Below are positions 36,411 to 49,290 of a stretch of 64,000 nucleotides of DNA, in pieces. A model generated the notes under the pieces. The model did no database searches. It was not told the origin of the DNA and saw only the letters and a list, made by a program, of their open reading frames with translations. The translations under genes and the position numbers were made by a program. Source of the stretch: Callorhinchus milii (Eukaryota); the NCBI RefSeq assembly GCF_018977255.1, contig NW_024704742.1, positions 26,228,001 through 26,292,000 of the forward strand, written 5' to 3'. Numbering within the stretch: position 1 is the first letter of the stretch; each line of letters begins with the position of its first letter.

Positions 36411-39174
36411 ACGTGGGTAGGACACTTGGCTGAGCAAAAAGGAAAGTGCTATTTCACTTTTACTCAGCTCACAACGTCACAATTCACATTGGAAAGTCTT
36501 GAAGAAAACATGATTTATAATTTCAAAGGGAAATCTGCGAGAACCAGTGTGCCTCTTGTTTGCTCACATGGCACATTATTGATGGATGTGAAGCTGAGCA
36601 ATAAATGCAGCAGCAGTGATTTCCTGTCTCGTTTTCAGTGGGGGCACAAGATAAAGCTGCTTAACGCACAAGGCAATCAAGAAGATTTACTCTGTGTTAT
36701 TGGAGCAGTGAATTGTTGAAATAAGTTCCATGGAAGAGATCTTCACAGGGAACAGAAATGGAGGCTGCAATTTGCATGAAATATTTAAATTTTTTAAAAA
36801 ACATATTGGCCCGAGGTCTTGCCAATGAAAATTACTTGTCACTAGGAACAAAATGTGAAAGGTCAGGCAATAGTGATATATTATCAGCTGCAGAAAGCGT
36901 AAGTGCTTTCCAGTCTCACTATGTTGGCGCTATTGCAAACAGAAGAATAAGCAGCACTTGGCACTAAAAGCCCTGAGCAAGTGAGGCCTTCTCAGGCAAC
37001 ACCAAATCAGAGGCGACTCCCTGGAGACGACCCCTTGTCCAGGTTGCATTTCAAAAGGAAAGTTTGAGACGTCACGTACTCTGAAGGCCATCCTAATCCA
37101 CTGTTCTGTGTCTTCCAACAGTGTGCAAAATTACTGCAGGATTTGGTAATATACCTTTACAATTCCTCACCGTAGGACTGTATTACACAGAGAAGTAGGC
37201 ACTGGACTGTTGCCTCTTGTAGACAGTTCTGTTCTGCCTGCCCATTTGTTCCATCTTGGCGTGATGCTGCACCGGCATGAGTCTGTGGGTCGCATTTTCC
37301 CCACAGTCATCTCAGACAGACAGTGCACTCAATGGCAAGCTATTCAGTCTAGCTAGTTAAACTCCAGTAGTTACCCCAGTGCACACTCTGGAGCCCCTAA
37401 GCCTTGGCTTGTGCCAGTCTGCATCTAATACTCTCCGGAATTAGCAGTAATGCGTCCCTCTAGGGAAAGAGTGCACACTCCATTTCAATACACGGGAATT
37501 TCCATATGTAGGTGGGACGCATGGAACTCTCTGTTTGGTTTTGTTACTGACAAGCATGGCATACGTCTCTGTATGTCTCAAACACATGGATAACAAAAAA
37601 AAAGGATGTGGGGCTCCGTGCTAGAGAGGCAATTTGCATCATTGGGCATTTTTTCAAGTTGAGATACCTTTCTTTGGTGTATTTCAATTTCTAAAACTTT
37701 TTTTTTAAATCATAATACACTCGGCTCACTGAAACAATGTAACTTTCAGACCCATCTGCAGCAGGAAGAAATATCTGTAGTATTTGTAAAAGTTCATGTT
37801 GGTACATACAGTGTATGCATGTTGGTTATTGGCTTGTGAGAATGCCTGCGTTACACATGCTAATATTCCTAATTCTTTACATTTTGGTACAGCGCATTTC
37901 ATGTTAGGAGGACATCCCAAAGCACTTCATGGGATATACAGTGAAGTGGAGTGATGGTGGATGTCAAGGGTGAACAATCTACCCACAGAACAAACATGCA
38001 TGAAATGAACGACCAATTTTATTTGGATGATTGTTGGCCAGGAGATCAAGAGAAAGTCCCTTCTCTTTTCGAAGGAGCCCATGGACTGCTATGGCATCTT
38101 TAACATCCAACTCCACAGGTAGAAGAGGATTTAGTTTAACATTTCATTCGAAAGACAGCAACTCCAATATTGCAGCCTACCCCAGCATTGTATTGGAATG
38201 TCAGCTTAAACTTGAGTTCCACATCCCGACCTGGGACTTGAAGCCAAAACCTTCTGACTCAGAGGTGGGAGTGCTACCAACTGCGCCAGGCTGGCAGACA
38301 ACAGATGTAACCTGGACTATGCAGATCCAGGTACTTACTACTGGGGAGAAATCAGTGGATGGAATACCTTGTTCTAAATAGCCCATTGTGAAGACTTATT
38401 GCTCTGAGATGCTATCCTGAATGAAGCACATGATATAAAGGCAAGTTGTTGATGGCTAGTCACTTCACCTCAGGAGCACCGAGTAACTCTAAAAGAGGCT
38501 TGGAGCAGGTCCCCCAACCTAAGTGCTTGACTTAAAATATTAGACTGGACAGAAAATAATAGGACTTGTACCCTCAAAAATCCAAGTCCACAATTCACAT
38601 GTAAACAGCAAGGGCCAAACTTTTCCCATCAACAGACTGGGTATGGGAAAATTGTGCCCCAGTACTGCATTTCTGATATTTCAAATTTGTTTTGTGTTCA
38701 CCGAGGTGGGACTTTTGAGTGTGTGGATTGAGTGTGCATGGGGGAGAGGGAGGGGGAAACTCAGCTTTGTATCACAGAGAGCTTTTGCATTTCACACAAC
38801 TAAGCATTGAGCACTATCAGCTCAGGTACAGCATTGATAAGATAAGTGAGGAAGCTGCTTTACTCTACAACAGTGTGCTCACCCTCAAAATATACATTCA
38901 ATTCACTTTACAGTATATTCTGTGAAGCACTTTGAGGCGTCTCAATGATGTGACAAGGCGTTATATTAAATGCAAGGATTATTATAATAATCTCAGAAGA
39001 GCCACTTCCCCACACGCACTCCATATCCCACACTATGGTCAGTGCTTTGCTAGCTATCCACAGCCACTAGGAAATGGATTAAGGATGCCCAGAGTGTCAT
39101 TTGTTGCAGAATCATTGATGAGCCCTTGCTTGGCTAGTTCTTCCTCATAATCTGTTGCTCTAGCACTAGGGTAG

Positions 39175-39597
39175 TAATAATAATAATCCTTGCATATGAT
39201 AATAGTGCCTTAGCACGTTTCAGCGCCTTCGGATGCCCTCATGACATGAAAGGCGCTATACAAATGTAATTTTGTTTTTGTTGTCTTCAAGAATATACTG
39301 TAAAGTGAATTGACTGTTGATTTGGTGGGCGAAATGCGGCAGCCAATTGCACACAGCAGTGTCCCACAAACAGTCATGGATTGACTGACCAATTCATTAT
39401 TATTTTTTCGATGGAATTATTACCCGGAGAAAAGCAATCCACCATCGACTAACAACCGGGTTCCTACTTACTGCTGGGTGTAGTAACAGAGGCGTGTGGA
39501 GTAAGGAAATTTGTCCAACATTTCGCCCTGTCGGGAATCGAACCCAGGTCTCTCGCTTGCGAGCCGATTGCTCTAACCACTGAACTACAGGACTCCA
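39175..39597 (-). mobile_element. tRNA-derived SINE, long variant, with an opposite-strand L2-type tail nested at ~39222-39284
   Basis: Head ggagtcctgtagttcagtggttagagc (rc) at 39570-39596; internal cagcagtaagtaggaacccggttgttagtc block present. Confidence 0.85.
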
Positions 39598-39693
39598 TGT
39601 AGAACATGTGCCTCTTATTTACTTCCGATATCCAATACCTTGCTTTTCTTTCAACAGCAGAAAGATTTTTCTGCATCAAGTTACAGCAATAAA

Positions 39694-40004
39694 TGTGGAG
39701 TCCCGTAGCTCAGTGGTTAGAAACTTGTCTTGCAAGTGAGAGACCTGGATTTGATTCCTGGCAGGGCAAAACCTTGGGCAAGTTTCTTTATTTCACATGC
39801 CTGATAATAATCCCTCAAGAAAAAAAAACAATAATAAATTGGTCACTTCAATCCACGACTGTTTGTGGGACACTGCTGTGCACAATTGGCTGCCGCGTTT
39901 TGTCCACAAATATACAGTCAATTCACTTTACAGCATATTCTGTGAAGCGCTTTGAGATGTCGAGAAGACGTGAAAAGTGCTATATCAAATGCAAGGATTA
40001 TTAT
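39694..40004 (+). mobile_element. tRNA-derived SINE, short variant
   Basis: tggagtcccgtagctcagtggttag...gcaaggattatta. Confidence 0.9.
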
Positions 40005-41308
40005 TTAATAACAATTTTACACTTAGACAGCTGCTTTCAGGTCAGGAGGATATCTCAAGGCACTTCACAGAGCCAACTAGGAGTCTGAGCTGAGGACGAG
40101 GGGAACTTGGGATGGTGCTGGGGAAAGGTGACCAAAAGGGTGGGCCATGAAGCCGGCCGGGGTTCATTGAGTGGAAGGTGTGGTTGGATGGTAGGGGTAC
40201 ACAAGCTCACAGAGGGAGGATGGGATGAGGACGTGGGGGTTTTGACACAAGGACAAGGATCTTGAACTTGACATAAGGACTAGAACTTAAGACCTTGAGG
40301 AATAATACACCAGGCAGAGTCACAAAGGGGGCAGTTTGGGAGCTCTAAGCATTCGATATGCTAATTATCATTGGTGATTGTTATCACATCGAACACTTAA
40401 AAAGTCTCAAATTTCACCCCAAATAATCTAAAGTTCTTCCTCACAGAAATGGTGGTGGTGGTGAGTGTTGGGAAAAGTTAACAATATTGTCTTCAACCTA
40501 AGTTAAAGCCTTCAGATTTTGAAAAAAACAGACTCAAGGAATCAATACAGACTCTCACCAGATCAAGTTTCCCAGCTCTGCCAATTCCCCTTTGCTACAT
40601 ACTTGAAGCCTTTAGTACTGAATAACCCACCCTCCCCACTTCCCTCCCTTAATCCCACCACCATCACCCAAGGTAGGGTATCCTTTTATCCCCAAATAGT
40701 CAAAATCATGTCAAAGTCATGTCTTTCTAAGACAGATTTACTGAAATAGTGTTCTTGAGATGAACATGTCGAATAATAGGAACTATTAAGCAACTTCATA
40801 AATGCATGATTCACATTGTTTCAAAAATTAACTTTGCCTGGGATTTCCTTCCTTCACAATTACAAGCAGCATTGCTTTCATTAACGGACACACTGCTTTC
40901 CAGCTGAAGAGATAAAATACACGATTATAATTCCTAGTGCTAATTCTGGTTTTGGAAAAGATACCAGCAAAGATTTTTTTTAGAAAGAAAAAATATACTA
41001 CAAAGGGTCTTATTGGCTCTTAAACTTGCAATCCTCTCCAGCCTGAGTAGTTGGCTTATTAATAAAACAAGAAAATAACTGCACTTATAATGACAAACCA
41101 TCTTATAGCGCTTCACAACAATTGCTGTCAAATATAGCAACTGTTTGCACCATAATTTACATACAATTACACAGAACATTGCAGTACGGAAACAGGCCAT
41201 TTAGCCCAAGTAGTCCGCACTGATGTTTATACTCCATATGAGCCTCCACCCCAATAAAATGACCTCGACAGGTCTGGCACTCCACGTGGAGCCTTGCAGG
41301 ACTAGTAC

Positions 41309-41512
41309 CTGATTTGCATGTTGCAGCAGTTCCTGACGCTCCTGTAAGATCTGACCGTCATACTCCCGGCTCTGCCTCAGCACCTGCCTCCTCCACTTCT
41401 CCACAGCCAGCTTCAGCTCTTCCTTCTGCTTGTCGCTCAGAGATTCGCTCACTCGGCTTCCAGGGCACTGCTGCAATGTATTGTACAGCGTGGCTTCCAA
41501 CTCCTGGATTTG
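41309..41512 (-). CDS. JAKMIP1: JAKMIP1 exon (QIQELEATLYNTLQQ...QELLQHANQ)
   Basis: ctccccag|CAA...CAG|gtact, 204 nt, phase 0/0. Resembles recalled human KIQDLEATLYTALQQ...RQSREFDSQILRERMELLQQAQQ. Confidence 0.95.
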
Positions 41513-41800
41513 CTGGGGAGGAGAATGTTAACACAAGAGCAAATCTCAATGCACGAGCCCATTAAAACAAAGGAGGTGTTCAAGAAGGGGAAAACAAGTG
41601 AACGGATGGCATACACATTGTCACCCGAACGTATGAACAATGCGTCTTAAAATGTACATTTGCAATGCGATAGGCTCAGTGCAGACAATAGGCACCTTGT
41701 GCAGTACACTATAAGAACAGCCCACGCAGCAGGATTGCCGCAAAGGCCCTGCAAGACCAGCCTTTTGTTTGGAAGTTTACTCTCGCACGCTGTGCTGCTA

Positions 41801-41817
41801 GGTTGCCATTGGCAACC
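41801..41817. promoter_or_regulatory. Palindromic RFX X-box motif
   Basis: GGTTGCC-ATT-GGCAACC fits GTNRCC(N0-3)RGYAAC with two perfect half-sites. Confidence 0.5.
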
Positions 41818-42539
41818 GATGACACATCAAGCATGGAGGCTGAGACGTGAATTGAACCAGGAGCTTACAGATTCCAGCACTTCATTCCACACACAGAGGA
41901 AATTTTCGCAAGGAGGTGGCAATGCGTGGAACTCTCAGGCTGAGTTAGATACTCTTTAAGTATTCTGACACATCCTGACCAAAAGGAAAAAAATAACTCA
42001 ATGACATACATAGGTCAAATTATAGTATCTCCTTAAATGAGATTCGAACGTGCAACTCTTTCTTTTTGGTGTTGGTGTAATTTTGTAAAGTTTGGCACTG
42101 CTCTGTAGTCGTCTTTTGCTACAAAGCCAGGTATTCATTTTGCGCCGACTGCGCCACATTTACAAATTGTTTTTCAGATTAATGAGCAAGTACATCTCAC
42201 ATTTATTTCATAACGAGCCAAGAGGAAACTGGAAAGGGACTTAGCAGCAAATGCAAACATACCCACCCAAAACTCTTTCAATGTTACAACAGTAAGAGGG
42301 TAGTGAGGAAGCTGCTGAAATCCTAAGGGATTCAAAGTGGGTTGAAAAGGATGGAGATTTTTTATAAGGGAGGACAATGAAAACAACCACTGCCCCCACA
42401 CCCACCCCATCCAACAGCCAGCAAACATTGTTTGAGCTCCAGGACTTGAACATGAGTGAGACCAAGATTCTGGATAATTAACACATCCCCTGAGATGGAT
42501 AACTGTACCCCAGGCTACGTAAGCAGATTTGTGCAGCAC

Positions 42540-43620
42540 TGATAGACATTATTAGGGAGGACTGGGGAGGTTCCATAGACTGGAAGCAAGCAAATGTTCC
42601 TATATTCAAGAACTAAACTTGCCAACTATAAACCCATTACCCTGACTCAATAAATGGAAAAATAATGGACTCAATCATCAGAAAGGAAGTAGAAGATTAA
42701 CTACATAAAAATAATCTAAGAATTGACAGCCAAAACAGGTTCAGAAAGGGTAGGTCTTGTCTGTCCAATCTCATAGTTTCTTTGAGGAGGAGACAGCCAA
42801 GTAGACTGCAGGAAGCCATATGATGTAGTATATCTAGACTTCGAAAAGGCATTTGACAAAGTACTTCATGATAGACTGATTCACAAACTCTGGTCACTGG
42901 GCATTAAGGGCAAGACATGAACGTGGATTCAGAATTAGTTAAAGGGAAGAAAATAGAGGGTTTTTTGTTTGGGGAAAGATATTAAGGGGAATGCCTCAGG
43001 GGCATGTTCTCGGACTGCCTCCTGTTCCTCCTATATATTAAGAACTAGATTTGCAGACCCAGTGTAAGATAGTTACATTTGCAGATGACACCAAATAGAG
43101 TTGGGAGGAAATTGGCTTCAGATAAAGCAGAAAAACCCTGCAATGAAAGCTTCAAAGGAGATGCACTTGCTGATAAATGGCAAATTAAATATAATACAGA
43201 TACATGCAAGGTATTACATGTAGGATGCAAGAATAGGAAACATTTCATGGATGGGATAGAACTTGCCAGGGGGAAATTGAAAGAGACCAAGGAGTATTTG
43301 TTGACTCATCACTCACTGTATCAGTAGAGTGTGAGGCAGCAATAAACAAGACAAACAGGTTGCTGCGCTATATTGCTAAATCAGTTGAGTTTAGATCCCT
43401 GAACATCATGTGGTACAGTGCCCTGATCAGACCGCACCTTGAATACTGCATACAGTTTTGGTCATCGCCACATAAGGGGGATACCCAAGCCCAAGAGGCA
43501 GTGCAGAGGAGAGCAACGCGGATGATCCGCAGACAGTAGAACAAGAGTATACTGGATTAAAGTTGTAATGAGCAATTTCAAGACAGATACCAGGAAGTGT
43601 TTCTTTACTCAGAGGGCACT
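42540..43620 (+). mobile_element. CR1 LINE RT fragment, degenerate
   Basis: DWKQANVP, NYKPITLT, FRKGRSCLSNL, VYLDFEKAFDKV.HDRL, PQG, FADDT motifs, with stops and frameshifts. Confidence 0.9.
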
Positions 43621-44929
43621 CGTCTTTCAGATGAGACATTAAACCAAGGCCCCTTGTGATGGTCATTCATTTCACAGCTGTTTGTGGGACATTGCAGGTC
43701 GCAAAATTGGCTACCGTGGATTTGTCCACAAACTCTCACTGTCCCTGCACTTTAGAGTAGCACAGTGCTTATTAGTGCTATCTTGCTATTTGTGCTATGA
43801 GACTCGCACTAGTGTTTTTTAGTGCCTCACAGCTTCCTAAAGCATTGTGAAGTACTCTAGAACATCCTCCCAATATGAAAGGCACCATACCAAATGTAAG
43901 AATTATTATTGCAATTGATGGACTCATTTAAAAAGTAGGTTAATGCCGTGATAGATTCTTCATCCAAACTAATCTTATGATTAGAAGTTTAAAGAAGGAG
44001 CCATTCACAAGCATGCTCTCCTGTGTAGTCCTTTCTGGTTAAGATGGCATCACCACCAACTTGGTGATCATAAGAATATATTATACTTTCCTGAGATCTT
44101 GGCCGATCAATAGAACGACTATTTCTTATTGGTCTCTGGTCCCAAACTCTCTGGAGAGTTTTACAGCAAAGCGAATTTGAGGTCAGCACTTTCAAAATAT
44201 TTCAGACATACAGCAAATAGTACCACTCTCTTCCTCCACCCAGTAACACTCTAGTTCCCTTCCCCACAAACCCCTCCCCACCCACCCAAAAGAGCATCTT
44301 CTCCATGTCCATGCTGCAAAGGTGATAAAGATAGACATCTCCACATCATTGGGCCACAGTACAGAACATGTAACAAAGACTGCTCCTTACTAAAGTGTAG
44401 AAATGTATAATGGAGGACAGCACTCTTTTCATTGAAGCAGTACAACAAAAGTAGCAAGCAAATAAGCATTTAGTCGTCACTTGCAAGATTCTTTTTAAAA
44501 AGCCAGAGATTTAAAAGATTAAAAAGTAAAGAATAAGGAATTACAACCTAACAAAAGCAGACGGTGCGCTTATAATAATAATAATCCTTGTATTTGATAT
44601 AGCGCCTTATCAGGTCTTCAAGACGTCTCAAAGCACATCACAGAATATACTGTAATGTGAATTGATTGTATATTTTGTGGGCGAATTATTTATAATTAAG
44701 AATGAGCAGCTTTTATTTAACAAACTGCTCCTTGCTCATATGATCAGTGTGAAGAGCACACACGCAGCTCTTGAAATAATTAAATTTGTCTTCACCTGAC
44801 TAATTAAACACGACATACTGTATGTAGTTAGTTTTCTGCTAAATAAGTTCATTTTTAACAACCAAATCAATCTTCATGTCAGTGTTGTCCAGTTTGGCAA
44901 AATATAAATAAATTACTGAATAAATTATT

Positions 44930-44990
44930 TATCGAGACAATCAACAAAAGATTTCAATCGAGACAATCAGCAAAAGATTTCAATCAGCAA
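44930..44990. repeat. 26-bp tandem duplication
   Basis: atcgagacaatca(a/g)caaaagatttca x2 plus a partial copy. Confidence 0.85.
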
Positions 44991-46475
44991 AACAATATCT
45001 CGCAATGCAAAAAATATTCAAAAAAGGAGAAAAAAAAACTAGTTATTAGTATAAAAATGTTCTCACTTCCCCACCCACCTGATTCACTCTGGAAGAACAG
45101 TTCCATTGTGAGCCATCCGATACATTGTCCAAGAGGCCATTCCTTACATCTAGACACGAGGATCATTGCAGCCTAGCCTATTCCAGAGCTGACATGCACA
45201 AACATTTCATCAGAGATGACTGCACGCTTTTTAGGAACATGAATCCTTTTCTGGTCCAGGTGTCCTCAGACCAACTGTAGTGCCCCCCCACCCCTACAAC
45301 TGACCTGGCAAAGATAAGCTAACTCGGCACAGAACAAAGATCAGACTTGAGAACTTCCTTGTTGGTGTGCATAGCCCAGTTTCACACTGGGGCAACTGTT
45401 ATCGCAACTTATCGGTTGGGAAACGTTAGCTCTTAAAGGCTGACATTAATGATTGTACATCTCAGGAAATTATCTTGTTTCAATAGTGAGTGACTAAGTA
45501 GCTTTGGGAACTGATTCACAGGAAATTAATTGAAGTGTTCACAATGACACATGTATAAGGGGTATTAAAGTTGGGGGAAGGGGGATGGGGGCTTCATAAA
45601 TTAATAACATGAATATTTTTAAATTTGTCTTTTCTTGGGGAGAGCGGGAGTCTATTTTTTCAGCCTCCCCCAAAACAAGAGAAAATTAGAAAGGAAAATT
45701 TGACACACAAAATAAACATGTGCATATCCTCCCAAGTTGAAAGGCGCTATATAAATGCAATTTGTTGTTGTTGTGGAAAACAGGTTAATTCGATGAAAAT
45801 AATAATTTATTTTGGAACATTTTGAAGCCACATGTCCTGAAACCAGAAATACCCAAATCGCCTTTAGTGATCATTTCTGAAACTTAAATGAGAGAGAGAC
45901 AGGCTTCTCACTATCTATTCTGTCATAATCCCTCATAATATAAAAGTCTTCAAGAGGTCTCCTCTGAACCTTCTCTATTCCAGTGAAATAGGGTAATTTC
46001 CTCTAGTCTCTGCTGTTAGGTCCTCGATGGCAACTAAGCTCTAAGCATAGGACTAAAAGATTTTGAGTAACAGTGAGTCCACTCAGTCCATCCCTCTTTT
46101 GCAGTAAATAAAATGAGTACTATATCTATCAACACGTCCCAGGATGGGGGAAACAGATAAGTGAGGTTTCCCTGGAGTTGAACTGGCTCAGAGGAGATAC
46201 ACATGACAAACTGAGGCAGGTCTGCAGTAATCCTTGTTGATGTTTGAACAACTTAGGGGTGGAAAGCTGGTCAACACCATAAGGCCAATTCCTGACTGGC
46301 AAATACTGTGAAACTCCCCAATGCTTCATTACGGTAAGGTTTCTATTACTTACAATCTACAGTATTCAAAATTGTGTACAGAGCTATTAAACAGTAGCTC
46401 ATCATCTCTTCCCCACATATCTGGTTTTCACTATTCTGTCCTGAGTGTGAAATGCACGAGAAGGGTTCGGGCTCA

Positions 46476-46622
<147 letters not shown>

Positions 46623-49221
46623 TCAACCCTCATGACCTGCTTTCACTCAATGTGGCTACAAAGAGCTTGTTGGCAAAATGGCATCTCAAGACACCTTGAG
46701 ACGTAGGGTGCATTCTACTCCACGTACCCCCACTGTATATCATACCAGCTCATAAACACCCAGCACTGACCAGAACACGCCTTGCAGTTGCACTCTTGCA
46801 AGTTGTTGTGTTATGTATGGCGTACCCTTATACTAAGAGCCAAAATAATTTTTATTCGCAAGGCATAATTTTAGCTGCTGTTTCTCCAATTGATGCTTTT
46901 TAAGCTCAATTGGCTCATTACCTCCCTCCTATGGTTTCTAACAAATCCTTTTTACATTTTCAAGTGCTGTTAATGTATTCGAATAATTTAGGGCAGCATA
47001 AAATATTTGTTCAGGCCGCAGTCGTTTAGGGGATAAATCGCACTTGTTTTGTGCACTGATGTACTCAGTGAATGGAACAGCACAAATGCTCTGCCATTCC
47101 AAACACATTGGAAGGTTATTTTATATTTCTCCCCACCATCAGTGTCCAGGTTTTCAACTTATCTACCCCCTCCCCGTGGAACACCATCCTGGAGTCTCTA
47201 TGACTCGACCCTTCCCTCGCCTCCTTCAAGCTCCACCTCAAGACCTTTGCTTTTAACGACACCTTCAGTCATCTTTTTCCCCCTCCACCTCCCTCTTCCC
47301 CCACCCCCAGCTCAGGTACTAACTCTGGACTGGGCAACTTGAGAGGCCTCCTCACGGGAAAAGTGCTATAAAAAAGTAAATTTGTTGCTGTGGTTGTTGT
47401 CATTATTTGACGATCGGAAAGTACTATAGGCAAGTCAAAGCCTCAACCCCCTCCCACTTGCTGTGATCCTTGAAAGACAATCACTCTCCAGTGGGAGTCA
47501 CAAGATATTAATTAGTAGTGGCAATGATGATCCAGGATGCTCCAAGCTAAGATCACTTTTTTCAGTGTGTAATAATATAAATAATGATCTTTGCAATTTG
47601 ATATAGCCCCTTATCAAGTAAAACTCAAAGTCTTTCACTGAATTTTTGGAACGTGTAGTGACTGTGTGTTTGTTGATGTATTGAACCAAGGATTGAACTC
47701 AAAAATGTTGCTCATCTGTATGGGTCTAGTACAATTACTCAATAATAATAATCCTTGAATTTGATCTAGCGCCTTATCATGTCTTTGAGAGGTCTCAAAG
47801 CAATTCACAGAATATACTGTAAAGTGAATTGACTGTATATGTTTTGTGGGCAAAACTGAACACAGAATCTTTTTAGCTAATGGTGAAATATACTGCCTCA
47901 TGTAAACTGAGCCATCACAGACTTTGAAGGTAGCAATTTGCCGACCACAGTTAACTGAACTCAGATGAGGCAGCAATGGAGAAAAACCGTAGGAAACAAT
48001 GTACTCAGCCCCCTGTGCCAGCAAAAATAAAAATATCAGGCAGGGTTTCCCATTCCTGAGTGCTATCCAGTGACACCATAGGTGTGTTGACTTATATTTG
48101 TGATCAGTTAACTAGAGTCCCCTAACTACTATCTTCAAGGTCTGTGTGGCTCAGTTTCGACCCTATGCAGCATTTTTCAACCGTTAGCTAAAAAAATACT
48201 GTGAGAAGCATCCCTGAATCCTTCCTCAGTGTGTAATTGCCCGTGTGTGGTGATGAACCATACAACCCAACAAATGGCCTACTGAGACTCATTGGCTGTG
48301 CATTCACACAAAGTCTACTTCAGCACGAGTCAGTGCTTTCAGAATAAGAGGGCAGAAAAGAGGAAAAGGAAAATAAGATATAAAAAATGCCTTGTGTTGG
48401 TGCAATACACAGATATTTGGAAGACATTAATACTGTGCAACCATTAAAAATAGGGGAATTTTTTACAGTATACCTCAATTAGTGGTGGAATAACAGATCT
48501 GTGTTAATTTAGAGGCCACATTTTACAATGTTTAGAGCGAAACTAAACAGTACGAGATGCACTTAGTGAAATACACTATGGAGCCACTAGATGACAGTGC
48601 TCCCTCTCAGAGCCGACAGTGCTTTACACTGGCATTAATTAAGGAATACTACAAGTTTCATCCTAAACTCAAAGAGAATGCACCTGTAGACAGGTACTAA
48701 TATCTGGGACTTTAAGCTCACAGTCTAGGTTGACACTTCACTGCTTGGGAGCACTGCATTGTTGGAGGTGCCGTCCTTCGGGTGAAGCGTTAAGCTGAGG
48801 TCCTGTTCAGGTGAATATTAAAGACCCCAAGGCACTATTTGAAAAGAGAAGGAAGTTTCTTCCAGGTGTTCTGTCCAGCACGTAAAATTGATCATTCACT
48901 TCATTACTGTTTGTGGGACATTGCTGTGCACAAATTGTCTGCTACATTCACTTATAATTACAGTCACTACATTTTTCAACAAAATCCTGTGAAGCACTTT
49001 GAGACATCTCAACGAAGCGATAAGGTGATATAGAATGGAAAGATTATTATCTTATCGTTTATCCCGCAAATTGTGCAAGTCAGCCAATAAGGGGTTTTGA
49101 GTGTTCATCTTAAGATGGTGCTCATTTAGCAAGTTCCAACATGTCTGGATTTAATATCCCAATAATCTAACAGGTCCCTGTTCTAATGCCAGGCTCGACG
49201 TGTCCCTAGGGTCTAATGTAC

Positions 49222-49290
49222 CTTTTCATTCTCCAGGTCCAGCATCTTCTGATGGAGCGCAGCCTCTGTGCCTTCAATTTGGTTCAGCCA
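49222..49290 (-). CDS. JAKMIP1: JAKMIP1 exon (WLNQIEGTEAALHQKMLDLENEK)
   Basis: cttacag|TGG...AAG|gtaca, 69 nt, phase 0/0. Confidence 0.95.
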
